DNA of 64,000 bases, from NCBI GenBank assembly GCA_042569595.1, contig JBHPHI010000001.1, positions 8,326 through 72,325 on the forward strand, written 5' to 3'. Of the stretch, positions 13,324 to 22,681 are shown one piece after another. Source of the stretch: Patescibacteria group bacterium. Lineage in GTDB: Bacteria > Patescibacteriota > Microgenomatia > UBA1400 > 2-01-FULL-45-11. A program made the translations under genes and the position numbers. How positions within the stretch are numbered: position 1 is the stretch's first letter; each line of letters begins with the position of its first letter. The notes beneath the pieces are model-generated. The model saw only the letters and a program-made list of their open reading frames with translations. It was not told where the DNA came from and did no database searches.

Positions 13324-14459
13324 TGTTTAAAAAACCATACAAAAATCTAAATCAAATAACAGTCAGCAAGTCTGCCCTTAAGCACAACTATTACTATTTT
13401 CAAAACCAGCTAGAAAATCAACTAGTCGCTCCAGTGCTCAAAAGCAATGCGTACGGTCATGGAATTCAACTGGTGGGAAAGTATGTTGATCAAGAAATTA
13501 AACCCCCATTTATTTGTGTAGATAGTCTTTTTGAAGCCTATCAACTTCAAAAAAAAAGAATTAAAACACCCATCCTTATTATTGGTTATACTTTCCCAGA
13601 AAATTTCATAACAAGAAAAAAACTTCCATTCTCAATTCCAGTCTTTGATTTAGAAACTCTAAAAATACTAAACGAGCATCAGCCAGGCATTTCTGTTCAT
13701 ATAAAAATTGACACCGGAATGAATAGGCTTGGGCTCCAGCTAAAGCAAATTCCAGAATTCATCAGGGCAGCAAAAAAAATGGAAAATGTAAACTTTGAAG
13801 GGATATATAGCCATTTTTCACAGGCTGATGATGTAAAAGATAGATCCTACACCAACCATCAAGTAAACGTTTTTAAAGAGGCTTTAAAAATATTTAAACA
13901 CAATGGTTTCAACTTCAAATGGAAGCACATGAGCGCCACAGCAGGAACAACACTCGTAGAAGAAGACGTCTTCAATCTTGTCCGAATAGGGCTGGGATTT
14001 TATGGCTACACCTCAATCAGCAGGGGATATAGGGTTGGCCTGAAACAATCCAAGGACTTACATCCTGCTCTAAAGCTAGAAACTCATATTATTCAAGTAA
14101 AGAAAATTCAAAAAGGTGACCAAGTTAGTTATGATGGCACCTACATAGCCCCAAACAAAAGAACTATCGCCATTCTTCCAATAGGATATAACGACGGCGT
14201 GGACAGAAAACTATCCAATAGGGGTTTCTTTACTATAGAAAATACCGCTTGCCCAATAATTGGCAGGGTGTGTATGAATCTTACGATAGTAGATGTTTCA
14301 GAAATAAAAGAACCACATACGGGTCAAAAAGCAGTCTTCATATCAAACGATTTAAAAACAAAAAGCAATCTCTACAAACATTCCAAGCTAGCAAATACAG
14401 CAATATACACTATCCTCACGGGCCTAGCCGAATCTACAAAAAGAGAATTGGTTGAATAA
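13323..14459 (+). CDS. alr: alanine racemase
   Basis: PLP-lysine motif VLKSNAYGHG, IDTGMNRLG, C-terminal beta-domain with GRVCMN. Confidence 0.9.
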   Translation: MFKKPYKNLNQITVSKSALKHNYYYFQNQLENQLVAPVLKSNAYGHGIQLVGKYVDQEIKPPFICVDSLFEAYQLQKKRIKTPILIIGYTFPENFITRKKLPFSIPVFDLETLKILNEHQPGISVHIKIDTGMNRLGLQLKQIPEFIRAAKKMENVNFEGIYSHFSQADDVKDRSYTNHQVNVFKEALKIFKHNGFNFKWKHMSATAGTTLVEEDVFNLVRIGLGFYGYTSISRGYRVGLKQSKDLHPALKLETHIIQVKKIQKGDQVSYDGTYIAPNKRTIAILPIGYNDGVDRKLSNRGFFTIENTACPIIGRVCMNLTIVDVSEIKEPHTGQKAVFISNDLKTKSNLYKHSKLANTAIYTILTGLAESTKRELVE

Positions 14460-14622
14460 TTGCTACACACATAAAAAACCCATAAAAATCCTATCAGACA
14501 CACTCTTTCTCTGCTAAAAAACATCACAAAAATTTGAGACTGATACATAGGTCAAAAAATCAGAACTATTTCCAATTCCTAACCACTGTGGTTTACTCAA
14601 ACTAGATGGGGGGTGATATAAC

Positions 14623-14955
14623 ATGACAAAAAAAGACAAAAACGTTATTAAAAATATATATTTGTACCTCGTTACTTTTGTAGGAATATTCATCACCGTC
14701 ATTGGATCAATCAGCATACTAGATCTTGGACTAAAATCTTATGTCTTCACCAAAGCAGATAGTCACGTAGAATATCCAAGACCAAGAATGGTTGAAGAAG
14801 AAGGCCAAGAAATCTCCAAAGAAGAACAAGAACAATTCCACAAAAAAGAACTTGAGTCTAGAAGGCAAAGCCAAGCTGCAAATGCTATAGCGATGGTTGT
14901 AGTAGGTTTTCCTCTATATAAATACCACTGGAAAACACTTCAAAAAGGAAAATAG
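14623..14955 (+). CDS. small membrane protein, unknown function
   Basis: GGGGGTGA Shine-Dalgarno upstream, two hydrophobic helices flanking a charged EEQEQ segment. Confidence 0.4.
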   Translation: MTKKDKNVIKNIYLYLVTFVGIFITVIGSISILDLGLKSYVFTKADSHVEYPRPRMVEEEGQEISKEEQEQFHKKELESRRQSQAANAIAMVVVGFPLYKYHWKTLQKGK

Positions 14956-15864
14956 CTACAAATCAAAGTTCACTTTATATACAAAAAAATCCTGACCGCC
15001 AAGCTCGTATTTGTATCTCTCTTCACCTTGTAGAAAGTTGTATTCTTTCATGCCCTCTTCTATTGCTCGTTTAACATTCATAGCCTTCAAATAAAACCCT
15101 GCGCTATCGTACTTAGACTTATCAAAACCAGAGTTATAGAGTAAATAGCTATCTTCAGTTACAAAATAATATATCGTCGCTGCAAGCTCTCCAGAAACGC
15201 TCACACATTCCAGTCTCGCTTGAGACTTAAAAGCTTCATAGATGCTTCTAAAATATTCTTCCATTCCTGGTCTTTCAAAAAATTCAACCTTGTCTGGATT
15301 TTTTTTCATTAGTCCTATCAAACAATCGATTGACCCTTTTTCTTCATACACTACAATCTCGTTATCTCTATGAAAGTTGTTTACCTTTCTCTTTAGTTCT
15401 TTGCGCCATTTTCTTTTTAGACTCATCAGATAAACATCCCAAGAGTCCGGCAAAGAGAAGAGGGGAGTGCTATCTTCTTTTTCTACCTTTGCATCAATAG
15501 AGTCAAAATACTTCTTTGAACTTCCTTCAGGTAAATTTCTTAATTGAATTTTTTTTATTCCATTATTTTTCAAAAACTTCACAGCATCTTCCCACGCTCT
15601 CCCTTTCAAGTTTTCATCTCCAACAGCATCGTTATAATCAGTAGTCTCATCGCCCCCAGAAAAAATCACAACATCTTCTTTTTGCGCCAATGGCAAAACC
15701 ACACCATCTTCAAAAACCAAAGTTAAGGGAGCATAGTCTGTGCCCAAAGTTTCAAACCATATTCTGTGCCAATCATATTGAAAAAAAGGTCCCTTCAATA
15801 ATTGCTTTGAGTACGCCTTATCCCAAAGTTTTTTTGCATTATAAAATTCAACCCTATCAATCAT
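14956..15864 (-). CDS. GNAT-fold acyltransferase of the FemAB/BioF2-like (Acetyltransf_6) type
   Basis: About 300 aa; C-terminal half resembles the Fem/CelD-like GNAT fold (...YLLYNSGFD...GFYLKAMNVKRAIEEG...FNFLQGEERYKYELG). Confidence 0.5.
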   Translation of the reverse strand: MIDRVEFYNAKKLWDKAYSKQLLKGPFFQYDWHRIWFETLGTDYAPLTLVFEDGVVLPLAQKEDVVIFSGGDETTDYNDAVGDENLKGRAWEDAVKFLKNNGIKKIQLRNLPEGSSKKYFDSIDAKVEKEDSTPLFSLPDSWDVYLMSLKRKWRKELKRKVNNFHRDNEIVVYEEKGSIDCLIGLMKKNPDKVEFFERPGMEEYFRSIYEAFKSQARLECVSVSGELAATIYYFVTEDSYLLYNSGFDKSKYDSAGFYLKAMNVKRAIEEGMKEYNFLQGEERYKYELGGQDFFVYKVNFDL

Positions 15865-16451
15865 TGCTTTGGAATAAAAATACTTTTCATAGAAAAATCA
15901 TCTTTTCCCATCAACACCTCATGAACCTCCGCGTAGGACACGTACTCTGCATACACATCGCTTGTATGAATGTTCTCAAAAGACACTCCCTTTGATCTAG
16001 CTTTGGGAATCATCACGCTATCACCATGAGCAACAACAACAATTTCTTCTCCAACATGTTTTTCATTTATTAGAAGAAAAAAACCGTACACTCGCTCAAA
16101 AAAATCCTCAATCGTTTCTAAAGCTCCATCGGGATGCTCAAATAAATTCCAATCTCTTTTAGCCATTTCAACCCTAGGAGTCCCATCCCATTTGCTATGG
16201 ACTTCCAATAACTGATCTACCAACTCCACCTTAATAGAAAGATTCTTGCTTATCTCACTTGCTGTTTCAGCCGCACGTTCAAGTGGGCTCGAATATATTT
16301 TTTCAATTGAAAACTGCTCTAAAAACTTTCCAGTTTCCTTAGCCTGAATTAAGCCCTTATTGCTCAGCGAAAAGCCAGGCATTCTCCCATAATGGGTGTC
16401 CTTTGGATTTTCTACTTCACCATGCCTAACTAAATATATTTTTGTTTTCAT
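15861..16451 (-). CDS. histidine phosphatase family protein (phosphoglycerate mutase-like)
   Basis: N-terminal LVRHGE catalytic motif, SSPLERAAETA, later VAHGD. Confidence 0.8.
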   Translation of the reverse strand: MKTKIYLVRHGEVENPKDTHYGRMPGFSLSNKGLIQAKETGKFLEQFSIEKIYSSPLERAAETASEISKNLSIKVELVDQLLEVHSKWDGTPRVEMAKRDWNLFEHPDGALETIEDFFERVYGFFLLINEKHVGEEIVVVAHGDSVMIPKARSKGVSFENIHTSDVYAEYVSYAEVHEVLMGKDDFSMKSIFIPKQ

Positions 16452-16491
16452 CCGTCAATTTTACCATTCATCAACATGATAAAATTCCCTA

Positions 16492-17646
16492 ATGAAGAAT
16501 ATTAAACTTTCATATCTACTTACATACTTAGATAGCTCATGGTTTTGGTTGGGAATTTGGCTTCTATACTATCTCAAATTTACAAACTACGCAGGAGTCG
16601 GAATCCTTGAAACAACCGCCTTTACTGCTCTCACGCTGGCTGAGATCCCCACAGGCGCATTGGCCGACTTATTCGGCAAAAAAAAGACACTTATTATTGG
16701 ATTTATTTTCTCTGCGTTTGCTAGCTTCATTATGGGAACAGCAACCCAATTCAACCACTTACTTGTCTCACTCTTCATCCTCGCCATAGGAGGAGCATTG
16801 AGATCAGGAACGCTGGAAGCTTTACAATACGACTCTTTAAAAGATGAGGGTTTAGACAAAAAATATGACAAAGTTGTGTCAAATACGAACACTGTCAGAA
16901 ACGTCGCCTTTGCACTATCTGCTGTTGTAGGTGGCTACATGTATGCACATCAACCAGGACTACCCTTTATTGTTTTAGGGGTCTTCTTTATCGTTGCAGC
17001 AATAATATGTGCGTTTCTAGTAGAACCAAAAACAGATACCGAAAAATTTTCTTGGAAAAACTATAAAGAGCAGACTATAAAAGGTTTTGAGAGTTTATTT
17101 AATAAAAAAGCAAAAATACCTACCCAATCATTACTTTCTGTATCTATTCTCACATTCGTTATTTATCAATTTATAGATGGTTCCCTTGCGCTAGAGTTTG
17201 GGTTTAATGAAAGACAACTCGGCGCACTTGCCTCAATTATTTATATAGTTTCTGCAATTACCTCTCAATCAACCTCAAAAATACTAGGAAAATCTGAACA
17301 TACAAAAAAATTCCTATACATAGCCATGTTATCTGCACTAACCCTTGCTGTTTCACCAATTGTTACTCTGTATGTTGGAGGAATTATTCTTATTCTTAGA
17401 CAATCATTTTTCACTCTTATGGATAATGTTTCAAGTGTAGTAATAAACAAAAACACTCAATCAAATGTTAGATCAACAACAATATCTACATACAACATGA
17501 TCCGCAATTTTCCATATATTCTTACTGCCTTTTTTATTGGAAACATCATCGATGTTTACTCTGCTAGTTCATTTGCACTAGTAATGTCATTCGTAATATT
17601 TTTTAGTTCAATATTTAGTCTAATTAGATTGAATAAGCACAAATGA
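16492..17646 (+). CDS. MFS transporter
   Basis: About 12 predicted TM helices, GALADLFGKKKT loop 2-3 motif. TAAAAT lies 6 nt upstream of the ATG. Confidence 0.75.
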   Translation: MKNIKLSYLLTYLDSSWFWLGIWLLYYLKFTNYAGVGILETTAFTALTLAEIPTGALADLFGKKKTLIIGFIFSAFASFIMGTATQFNHLLVSLFILAIGGALRSGTLEALQYDSLKDEGLDKKYDKVVSNTNTVRNVAFALSAVVGGYMYAHQPGLPFIVLGVFFIVAAIICAFLVEPKTDTEKFSWKNYKEQTIKGFESLFNKKAKIPTQSLLSVSILTFVIYQFIDGSLALEFGFNERQLGALASIIYIVSAITSQSTSKILGKSEHTKKFLYIAMLSALTLAVSPIVTLYVGGIILILRQSFFTLMDNVSSVVINKNTQSNVRSTTISTYNMIRNFPYILTAFFIGNIIDVYSASSFALVMSFVIFFSSIFSLIRLNKHK

Positions 17647-17659
17647 TAAAATCTTCTAA

Positions 17660-18694
17660 ATGAAACAAAAAAAAGTAGCAGTTCTTTTTGGCGGCACAAA
17701 CACCGAGCACGAAGTTAGCATTGTATCTGCAAAGTCTATTATTCAAAACTTGGACAAATCAAAATATGCCCCGCTGCCTTTGAAAATAAAAAAAGACAAC
17801 ACGTGGGTAGATGAAAATGGAAAGCAGGTAGACCCATTCAAAGAGTTAAAAAAGGTTGATATTGCATTCCCGGTACTTCATGGTCCCTTTGGTGAAGATG
17901 GAACCACACAGGGATTGTTTGAAATGGTTAAAGTCCCTTACGTAGGCTGCGGCGTTTTAGCTTCAGCAGTTTGCATGGATAAAGTCGTCCAAAAACAAAT
18001 CTGCCAAACCATGAATATTCCTATTCCAAAGTATTTTTGGTTCACAAAAGCCCTATGGAAAGAAGAAGAAAAGGCCATCACTTCCGAAATAGAAAAAAGT
18101 CTTCAATTTCCAGTTTTCGTAAAGCCAGCAAACCAAGGAAGTAGTGTGGGGATATCCAAAGTAGACGACAAAGAGGGGCTAAAAGAAGCCATAGAAGAAG
18201 CTCTCAAGTTGGATCTAAAAGTCATAGTAGAACAAAACATACCCGATGTTCGGGAGATTGAATGCTCTGTTATGGGCAATGACAATCCAAAAGCTTCAGT
18301 ATTGGGAGAAATCGTTCCAAGTAACGATTTTTATGACTACAATGCGAAATATATAGACGGCAAAAGCAAAGAGGTTATCCCAGCCAAACTAGAAGAAAAG
18401 ATGTCAATACAAATCAGACAAACCGCCCTAGAGGCTTACGAACTCTTGGGTTGCTCAGGTCTAGCTCGTGTAGATTTTCTTTACGACAACCTAGCAAGGC
18501 GTCATTACTTAAACGAGCTTAATACTATGCCAGGATTCACTAGTATTAGTATGTACCCCAAGCTCTGGAAAGTTTCAGGAATAGAGTATCCGCAACTTGT
18601 AAACGAACTCATAACTTTAGGTTTTCAAAGACATGAGCAAAGATCAGAAATAAACTACAACTACAAACCAAAAACTGACTGGCACAAAAAGTAA
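17660..18694 (+). CDS. ddl: D-alanine--D-alanine ligase
   Basis: VAVLFGG...EHEVS, FPVLHGPFGEDGT.QG, ATP-grasp motifs, LNELNTMPGFT. Confidence 0.92.
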   Translation: MKQKKVAVLFGGTNTEHEVSIVSAKSIIQNLDKSKYAPLPLKIKKDNTWVDENGKQVDPFKELKKVDIAFPVLHGPFGEDGTTQGLFEMVKVPYVGCGVLASAVCMDKVVQKQICQTMNIPIPKYFWFTKALWKEEEKAITSEIEKSLQFPVFVKPANQGSSVGISKVDDKEGLKEAIEEALKLDLKVIVEQNIPDVREIECSVMGNDNPKASVLGEIVPSNDFYDYNAKYIDGKSKEVIPAKLEEKMSIQIRQTALEAYELLGCSGLARVDFLYDNLARRHYLNELNTMPGFTSISMYPKLWKVSGIEYPQLVNELITLGFQRHEQRSEINYNYKPKTDWHKK

Positions 18695-18695
18695 A

Positions 18696-19397
18696 ATGCT
18701 CCAAGATCTCAAAAAAGACCTTCGAAAATTCGCAGATCCAAAAAAGGTTCCAGACTATCAAAGATTTTTCAAAACCAGTCCTGGTGAATACGGAGAAGGG
18801 GACATATTCCTAGGAATCAAAGTTCCCAATAGCCGAAAAGTTGCCAAAAAATACATCAAACTTCCACTGGAAAAAATTCAAGCTCTACTTAAATCAAAAT
18901 TTCACGAAGAAAGATTTGTGGGGCTCGTGATCTTGGTGCTCAAATATAAAAAAGGCGAAGAAGACGAAAAACAAAAAATCTATGACTTTTATCTCAAAAA
19001 CACCAAATATATCAACAATTGGGACTTGGTAGACGTAAGCTGTCACAAAGTAATTGGATTACATCTGGTAGAAAGAGATAGAAGCATTATTTACAAACTA
19101 GCAAAATCAAAAGACTTATGGGAAAAAAGAATCTCCGTCATTTCTACCTTCGCGTTTATCAATATTGGACAATTTGAAGATACTCTCAAAATCTCAGAAA
19201 TATTAGTCAAAGACGATCATGATCTTATCCATAAAGCAGTTGGCTGGGCTCTTCGCGAAGTGGGGAAAAAAGATCAAAAAATGGAAGAAGGGTTTCTAAA
19301 GAAACACTACAAAACCATGCCCCGAACTATGCTTAGGTATGCCATCGAAAAATTCCCAGAAGACTTAAGACAAAAATATCTTAAAGGAGAATTGTGA
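18696..19397 (+). CDS. DNA alkylation repair protein (AlkD-like HEAT-repeat glycosylase family)
   Basis: ...INNWDLVDVSC... and ...AVGWALREVGKKD... signature segments; about 230 aa. Confidence 0.75.
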   Translation: MLQDLKKDLRKFADPKKVPDYQRFFKTSPGEYGEGDIFLGIKVPNSRKVAKKYIKLPLEKIQALLKSKFHEERFVGLVILVLKYKKGEEDEKQKIYDFYLKNTKYINNWDLVDVSCHKVIGLHLVERDRSIIYKLAKSKDLWEKRISVISTFAFINIGQFEDTLKISEILVKDDHDLIHKAVGWALREVGKKDQKMEEGFLKKHYKTMPRTMLRYAIEKFPEDLRQKYLKGEL

Positions 19398-19807
19398 GCG
19401 AAGACGGAGCGGAAAATCCAATACATATTACTCATGAAGCCTTGGTTAAGTCTGAAGACGCAATTATGCTTGGAGAATGGCAAGATCCTCTCCAAACCAC
19501 AAATGACTACATGAAAGCATTAATTGATATGAACGAAACAGGCCAACAAATTGTAATAATCAAAAGATCAGATGAAGATGTTCAAACAGACGATGAGTTG
19601 GCTGAAGAACTTAAACAATTAATTGAAAATGGTAATCAAGAGAACAGTTCCAGATGGTTGGAAGAAAGAGCTAAAAAAATAGATCCAAATATTAATTCTT
19701 TTACAAAAATCTATGTAACACTAAATCCCAAACTTGAAGAAGAGAATGAAAGAAGGCTAAAGTTATCACAAAAAATGATTGAACTTTCTCAACAGCTAAA
19801 AAAATGA
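19394..19807 (+). CDS. acidic hypothetical protein
   Basis: ORF with GTG start overlapping the previous stop by 4 nt; no recognisable domain. Confidence 0.4.
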   Translation: MSEDGAENPIHITHEALVKSEDAIMLGEWQDPLQTTNDYMKALIDMNETGQQIVIIKRSDEDVQTDDELAEELKQLIENGNQENSSRWLEERAKKIDPNINSFTKIYVTLNPKLEEENERRLKLSQKMIELSQQLKK

Positions 19808-20109
19808 AACCAAACGAATACAAACTAAGCACAAGAGTCTGGATATACCCCACACACGCAGGGTGGCATTTTGTTTCTATACCACCAAAAGAGACAGAAG
19901 ACATTTCTCAAAAATTCAATTATCTAAAAAGAGGATGGGGATCTCTCCGCGTAAAAGTCACAGTCGGAAAAACCACTTGGAATACATCTATCTTTCCAGA
20001 CAAAAAAGAAGGAATTTATTTACTACCCATAAAAAAAGAAGTTCGCAAAAAAGAAAACATTAGCGCCAACCAAAGAATCAAGTGTATTGTTGAAATCTTA
20101 ATTTCTTAA
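19804..20109 (+). CDS. DUF1905-like protein
   Basis: ...HAGWHFVSIP...GWGSLRVKVTVGKTTWNTSIFPDKK... pattern typical of DUF1905. Confidence 0.55.
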   Translation: MKPNEYKLSTRVWIYPTHAGWHFVSIPPKETEDISQKFNYLKRGWGSLRVKVTVGKTTWNTSIFPDKKEGIYLLPIKKEVRKKENISANQRIKCIVEILIS

Positions 20110-20114
20110 ACCAT

Positions 20115-20237
20115 ATGAAAAAAATAATTACAATTCTCATCTTTAGCGCGCTTTTATCAGCTTGCTCTCTTAAAACATCTACACCCACAGAGCCAGAACC
20201 TACCCCAGACCCCTACACAATTCTTCCAAGCTTCTAG
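20115..20237 (+). CDS. 40-aa putative lipoprotein (below the ORF-track cutoff)
   Basis: MKKIITILIFSALLSAC|SLK...: signal peptide plus lipobox LSAC. lgt and lspA are present in this window. Confidence 0.4.
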   Translation: MKKIITILIFSALLSACSLKTSTPTEPEPTPDPYTILPSF

Positions 20238-20623
20238 TCATCATCCCAATTAAACCAATTAAGCAATAAATTCAATCTATTCCCCGGACTTGATGCCTCC
20301 ACCAACTCGTCAAGGTCTGCGCCATTTACCAATTCATAATTCTCTACACCAGCAGCATCTGCAACTTTCTTTTGAGCTTTTTTATGTCCGTTATCTCCGC
20401 TACCACTAGTTACCTCCACAAACATTTCTCTATCAAATTTTGGATCTCTAACTACACAGTCAGGATGGGTAACAGACTTCTTTTTTCCATTACCTACATC
20501 TACGGGCTCTTCTGCTCTTATTGATGGGGGATTTCGATCAACCTGTAAATAGGTGCCAGCTACCAGCTTGGCAAAAAGAGACTCCGCTTTCCTTCCCTTT
20601 GCGCGTCTCTCTTTCTTGGACAT
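20234..20623 (-). CDS. hypothetical protein, possible PD-(D/E)xK nuclease fold (start at MSKKERR)
   Basis: GRKAESLFAKLV ... HPD ... FVEVTSG resembles the YraN/Hjc-like G..E / PD / ExK arrangement (Lys replaced by Thr). TATTAT lies 6 nt upstream of ATG 20623. Confidence 0.3.
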   Translation of the reverse strand: MSKKERRAKGRKAESLFAKLVAGTYLQVDRNPPSIRAEEPVDVGNGKKKSVTHPDCVVRDPKFDREMFVEVTSGSGDNGHKKAQKKVADAAGVENYELVNGADLDELVEASSPGNRLNLLLNWFNWDDD

Positions 20624-20696
20624 AAGAAAATAATAACACTCAAAACAGGAACAGCACACCCAAAAAAACTACGAAATATCCAACTATTTTTTTAAA

Positions 20697-20912
20697 CTAA
20701 GCTTCTGTTATTTTTGTAGGAGCCATCTTGTCCCACTCTGCCATGCTTTCAGGAGTTGCATCTTTCATCAGATCCGCATGAATAGCACCAGCGTGTTGCT
20801 TCATTCTGTCAATTACTTCCTTGTCGGTCTCACCAACTGCCATAAAAGGACATTCTGGAGATCCCTCGGGGCTTACATCGTTACATTTTAGGTGTTTCAC
20901 AACAACCTCCAC
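20697..20912 (-). CDS. DUF1059-like small protein (probable start at the GTG at 20900)
   Basis: LKCNDV...CPF...E....H...H pattern of DUF1059. GGAGG lies 5 nt upstream of the second GTG. Confidence 0.55.
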   Translation of the reverse strand: MEVVVKHLKCNDVSPEGSPECPFMAVGETDKEVIDRMKQHAGAIHADLMKDATPESMAEWDKMAPTKITEA

Positions 20913-21009
20913 ACAAATAAATAATATATACTCCCTCCCAGTATATATACACTCGGACAGATAGCAAGCTTAAATAAATAAAAAGAAAGAAATCGTATAA
21001 TATATACAT

Positions 21010-21312
21010 ATGAAAGAAAACAAAAAAATAATATCGAAGAAAAAAATTCTTTTAATAATTGTAAGTCTTCAAGTAATTTTGATTGGGGCTGCGGTTTTTC
21101 TATTTAAGAAAAACGGGGGTGCCGGAGGGGGGAGTAGTTCTGGCTCTCTTGTCCCTATTTGGGTAGCGGTATTTATCCCAATTATTGCCACAAGAAAGAA
21201 AAAACCATCTAACAAAGAAGGAAAAAATCTTATGTTCTCTGTGTACATTGGCCTAGCTCTCTGTCTATTGTTGGGAATAGTGTTCTTCTTCCTAAAAAAA
21301 TCTAGCATTTAA
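21010..21312 (+). CDS. small two-TM membrane protein with Gly/Ser linker
   Basis: TATAAT 20996-21001 upstream; two hydrophobic helices. Its 3' end (21232-21312) has a diverged second copy at 24441-24524. Confidence 0.45.
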   Translation: MKENKKIISKKKILLIIVSLQVILIGAAVFLFKKNGGAGGGSSSGSLVPIWVAVFIPIIATRKKKPSNKEGKNLMFSVYIGLALCLLLGIVFFFLKKSSI

Positions 21313-21343
21313 GTAGTATTTTAGGGATATAAAAGTGTTTGTG

Positions 21344-21371
21344 CTCCGTGTGGGATGCTATTGTAACTTAT
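21344..21371 (+). repeat. 28-bp direct repeat, copy A (CTCCGTGTGGGATGCTATTgtAACTTAT)
   Basis: 26/28 identical to 23491-23518 (19 + 7 nt exact blocks); sits 11 nt upstream of the tspO -35. Confidence 0.9.
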
Positions 21372-21381
21372 ATTTCATCAT

Positions 21382-21411
21382 TTGAAGCAAATCAGATGTT
21401 TCAAGTACAAT
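21382..21411 (+). promoter_or_regulatory. candidate promoter of tspO
   Basis: TTGAAG - 18 nt - TACAAT; GGGGAG Shine-Dalgarno before ATG 21441. Confidence 0.4.
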
Positions 21412-21440
21412 AAACTTATTAGATTAATGGGGAGAAAATA

Positions 21441-21836
21441 ATGCAAAGCTATGAATGGTATCAACAGTTAATTAAACCCTCTTGGGCACCTCCATCATGG
21501 TTGTTTGGTCCAGTGTGGACAGTTCTTTACATCCTTATTTCAATTTCATTTTTCAGAGTATTTCAATTATTCTCCCAAAAAAAGATTGCCTTTATTATCA
21601 TTCTCCCATTTATTCTTAATCTTATCTTCAATCTTTTGTTCACTACTCTGCAATTTGGACTAAAGAACAATCTTTTAGCAGCCATTGACATCATTTTAGT
21701 TTTAGTCACCCTTTTATGGGCAATGAAGGCAATATATCCACACGCAAAATGGATTTCCTTTATTCAAATACCATATTTACTTTGGGTATCTTTTGCCACT
21801 GTTCTACAATTATCAGTTACATATTTAAATAAATAA
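21441..21836 (+). CDS. tspO: TspO/MBR tryptophan-rich sensory protein, short form lacking the usual first TM helix
   Basis: WYQQLIKPSWAPPSWLFGPVWTVLY signature. 131 aa, with an in-frame stop 21 nt upstream of the ATG. Confidence 0.8.
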   Translation: MQSYEWYQQLIKPSWAPPSWLFGPVWTVLYILISISFFRVFQLFSQKKIAFIIILPFILNLIFNLLFTTLQFGLKNNLLAAIDIILVLVTLLWAMKAIYPHAKWISFIQIPYLLWVSFATVLQLSVTYLNK

Positions 21837-21837
21837 C

Positions 21838-22233
21838 ATGTTTTTAAAACAATACTTCATCACATTACCAATCTTTCTAGCCATAGACGCCGTTTGGTTA
21901 GTGTTTATCGCAAACAAGTTTTATTCAAAATACATCGGTTTTCTCATGAAATCAGACGTCAATTTTATTGCAGCTGCTCTTTTCTACTTACTGTTTGTCG
22001 TGGGATTAGTAGTTTTTGCTATCGCCCCATCTCTAGAGAAGGGATCGTGGATACAAGCACTCCTTTTAGGAGCGCTTCTAGGTCTAATATCTTACTCAAC
22101 CTATGATTTAACCAACTTAGCTACCATAAAAGACTGGCCAGTATTGGTTACCATAGTAGACATGATCTGGGGAACACTCCTTGGAGGTTTAGTTTCTCTT
22201 GTCTCTTACTTCATAATTTCCAAATTTTCATAA
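21838..22233 (+). CDS. DUF2177-like membrane protein
   Basis: Four TM helices, ...AIDAVWL... and ...YSTYDLTNLATIKDWP...VDMIWG... pattern. Confidence 0.55.
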   Translation: MFLKQYFITLPIFLAIDAVWLVFIANKFYSKYIGFLMKSDVNFIAAALFYLLFVVGLVVFAIAPSLEKGSWIQALLLGALLGLISYSTYDLTNLATIKDWPVLVTIVDMIWGTLLGGLVSLVSYFIISKFS

Positions 22234-22252
22234 ACATTTAAAGCCAATACGC

Positions 22253-22681
22253 ATGAGACTTTGGAGCCTTCATCCCAGATATTTAGACACGAAAGGCCTT
22301 CTTGCCGTCTGGAGAGAAGGATTACTAGCCAAAAATGTAATCGAAGGAAAGACTAAAGGCTACACCAAACACCCTCAGCTTATCCGATTCAAATCACATT
22401 CATCACCAAAAAATGCCATCAACTATTATCTCCATCAAATATTTTTAGAGTCCATTAATCGAAGTTATAAATTCGATAAAAGTAAACTTATCTATATAGA
22501 CAAAATAAGTAAAATCAAAGTCACTACCAAGCAAGTAGATTATGAACTCAAACACCTAAAAAACAAGCTAAAGTTAAGAGATTCCTCAGGTTACAAAAAA
22601 CTCCAGACAATAGAAGAAATCAAATTAAACCCCTTATTTACCATCATCCCTGGTGAAATCGAGTCTTGGGAAATTGTCTAA
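22253..22681 (+). CDS. pyrimidine dimer DNA glycosylase (T4 DenV / Pyr_excise family)
   Basis: N-terminal MRLWSLHPRYLDTKGLLAVWREGLLA... and ...HPQLIRF... are characteristic of this family. Confidence 0.8.
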   Translation: MRLWSLHPRYLDTKGLLAVWREGLLAKNVIEGKTKGYTKHPQLIRFKSHSSPKNAINYYLHQIFLESINRSYKFDKSKLIYIDKISKIKVTTKQVDYELKHLKNKLKLRDSSGYKKLQTIEEIKLNPLFTIIPGEIESWEIV

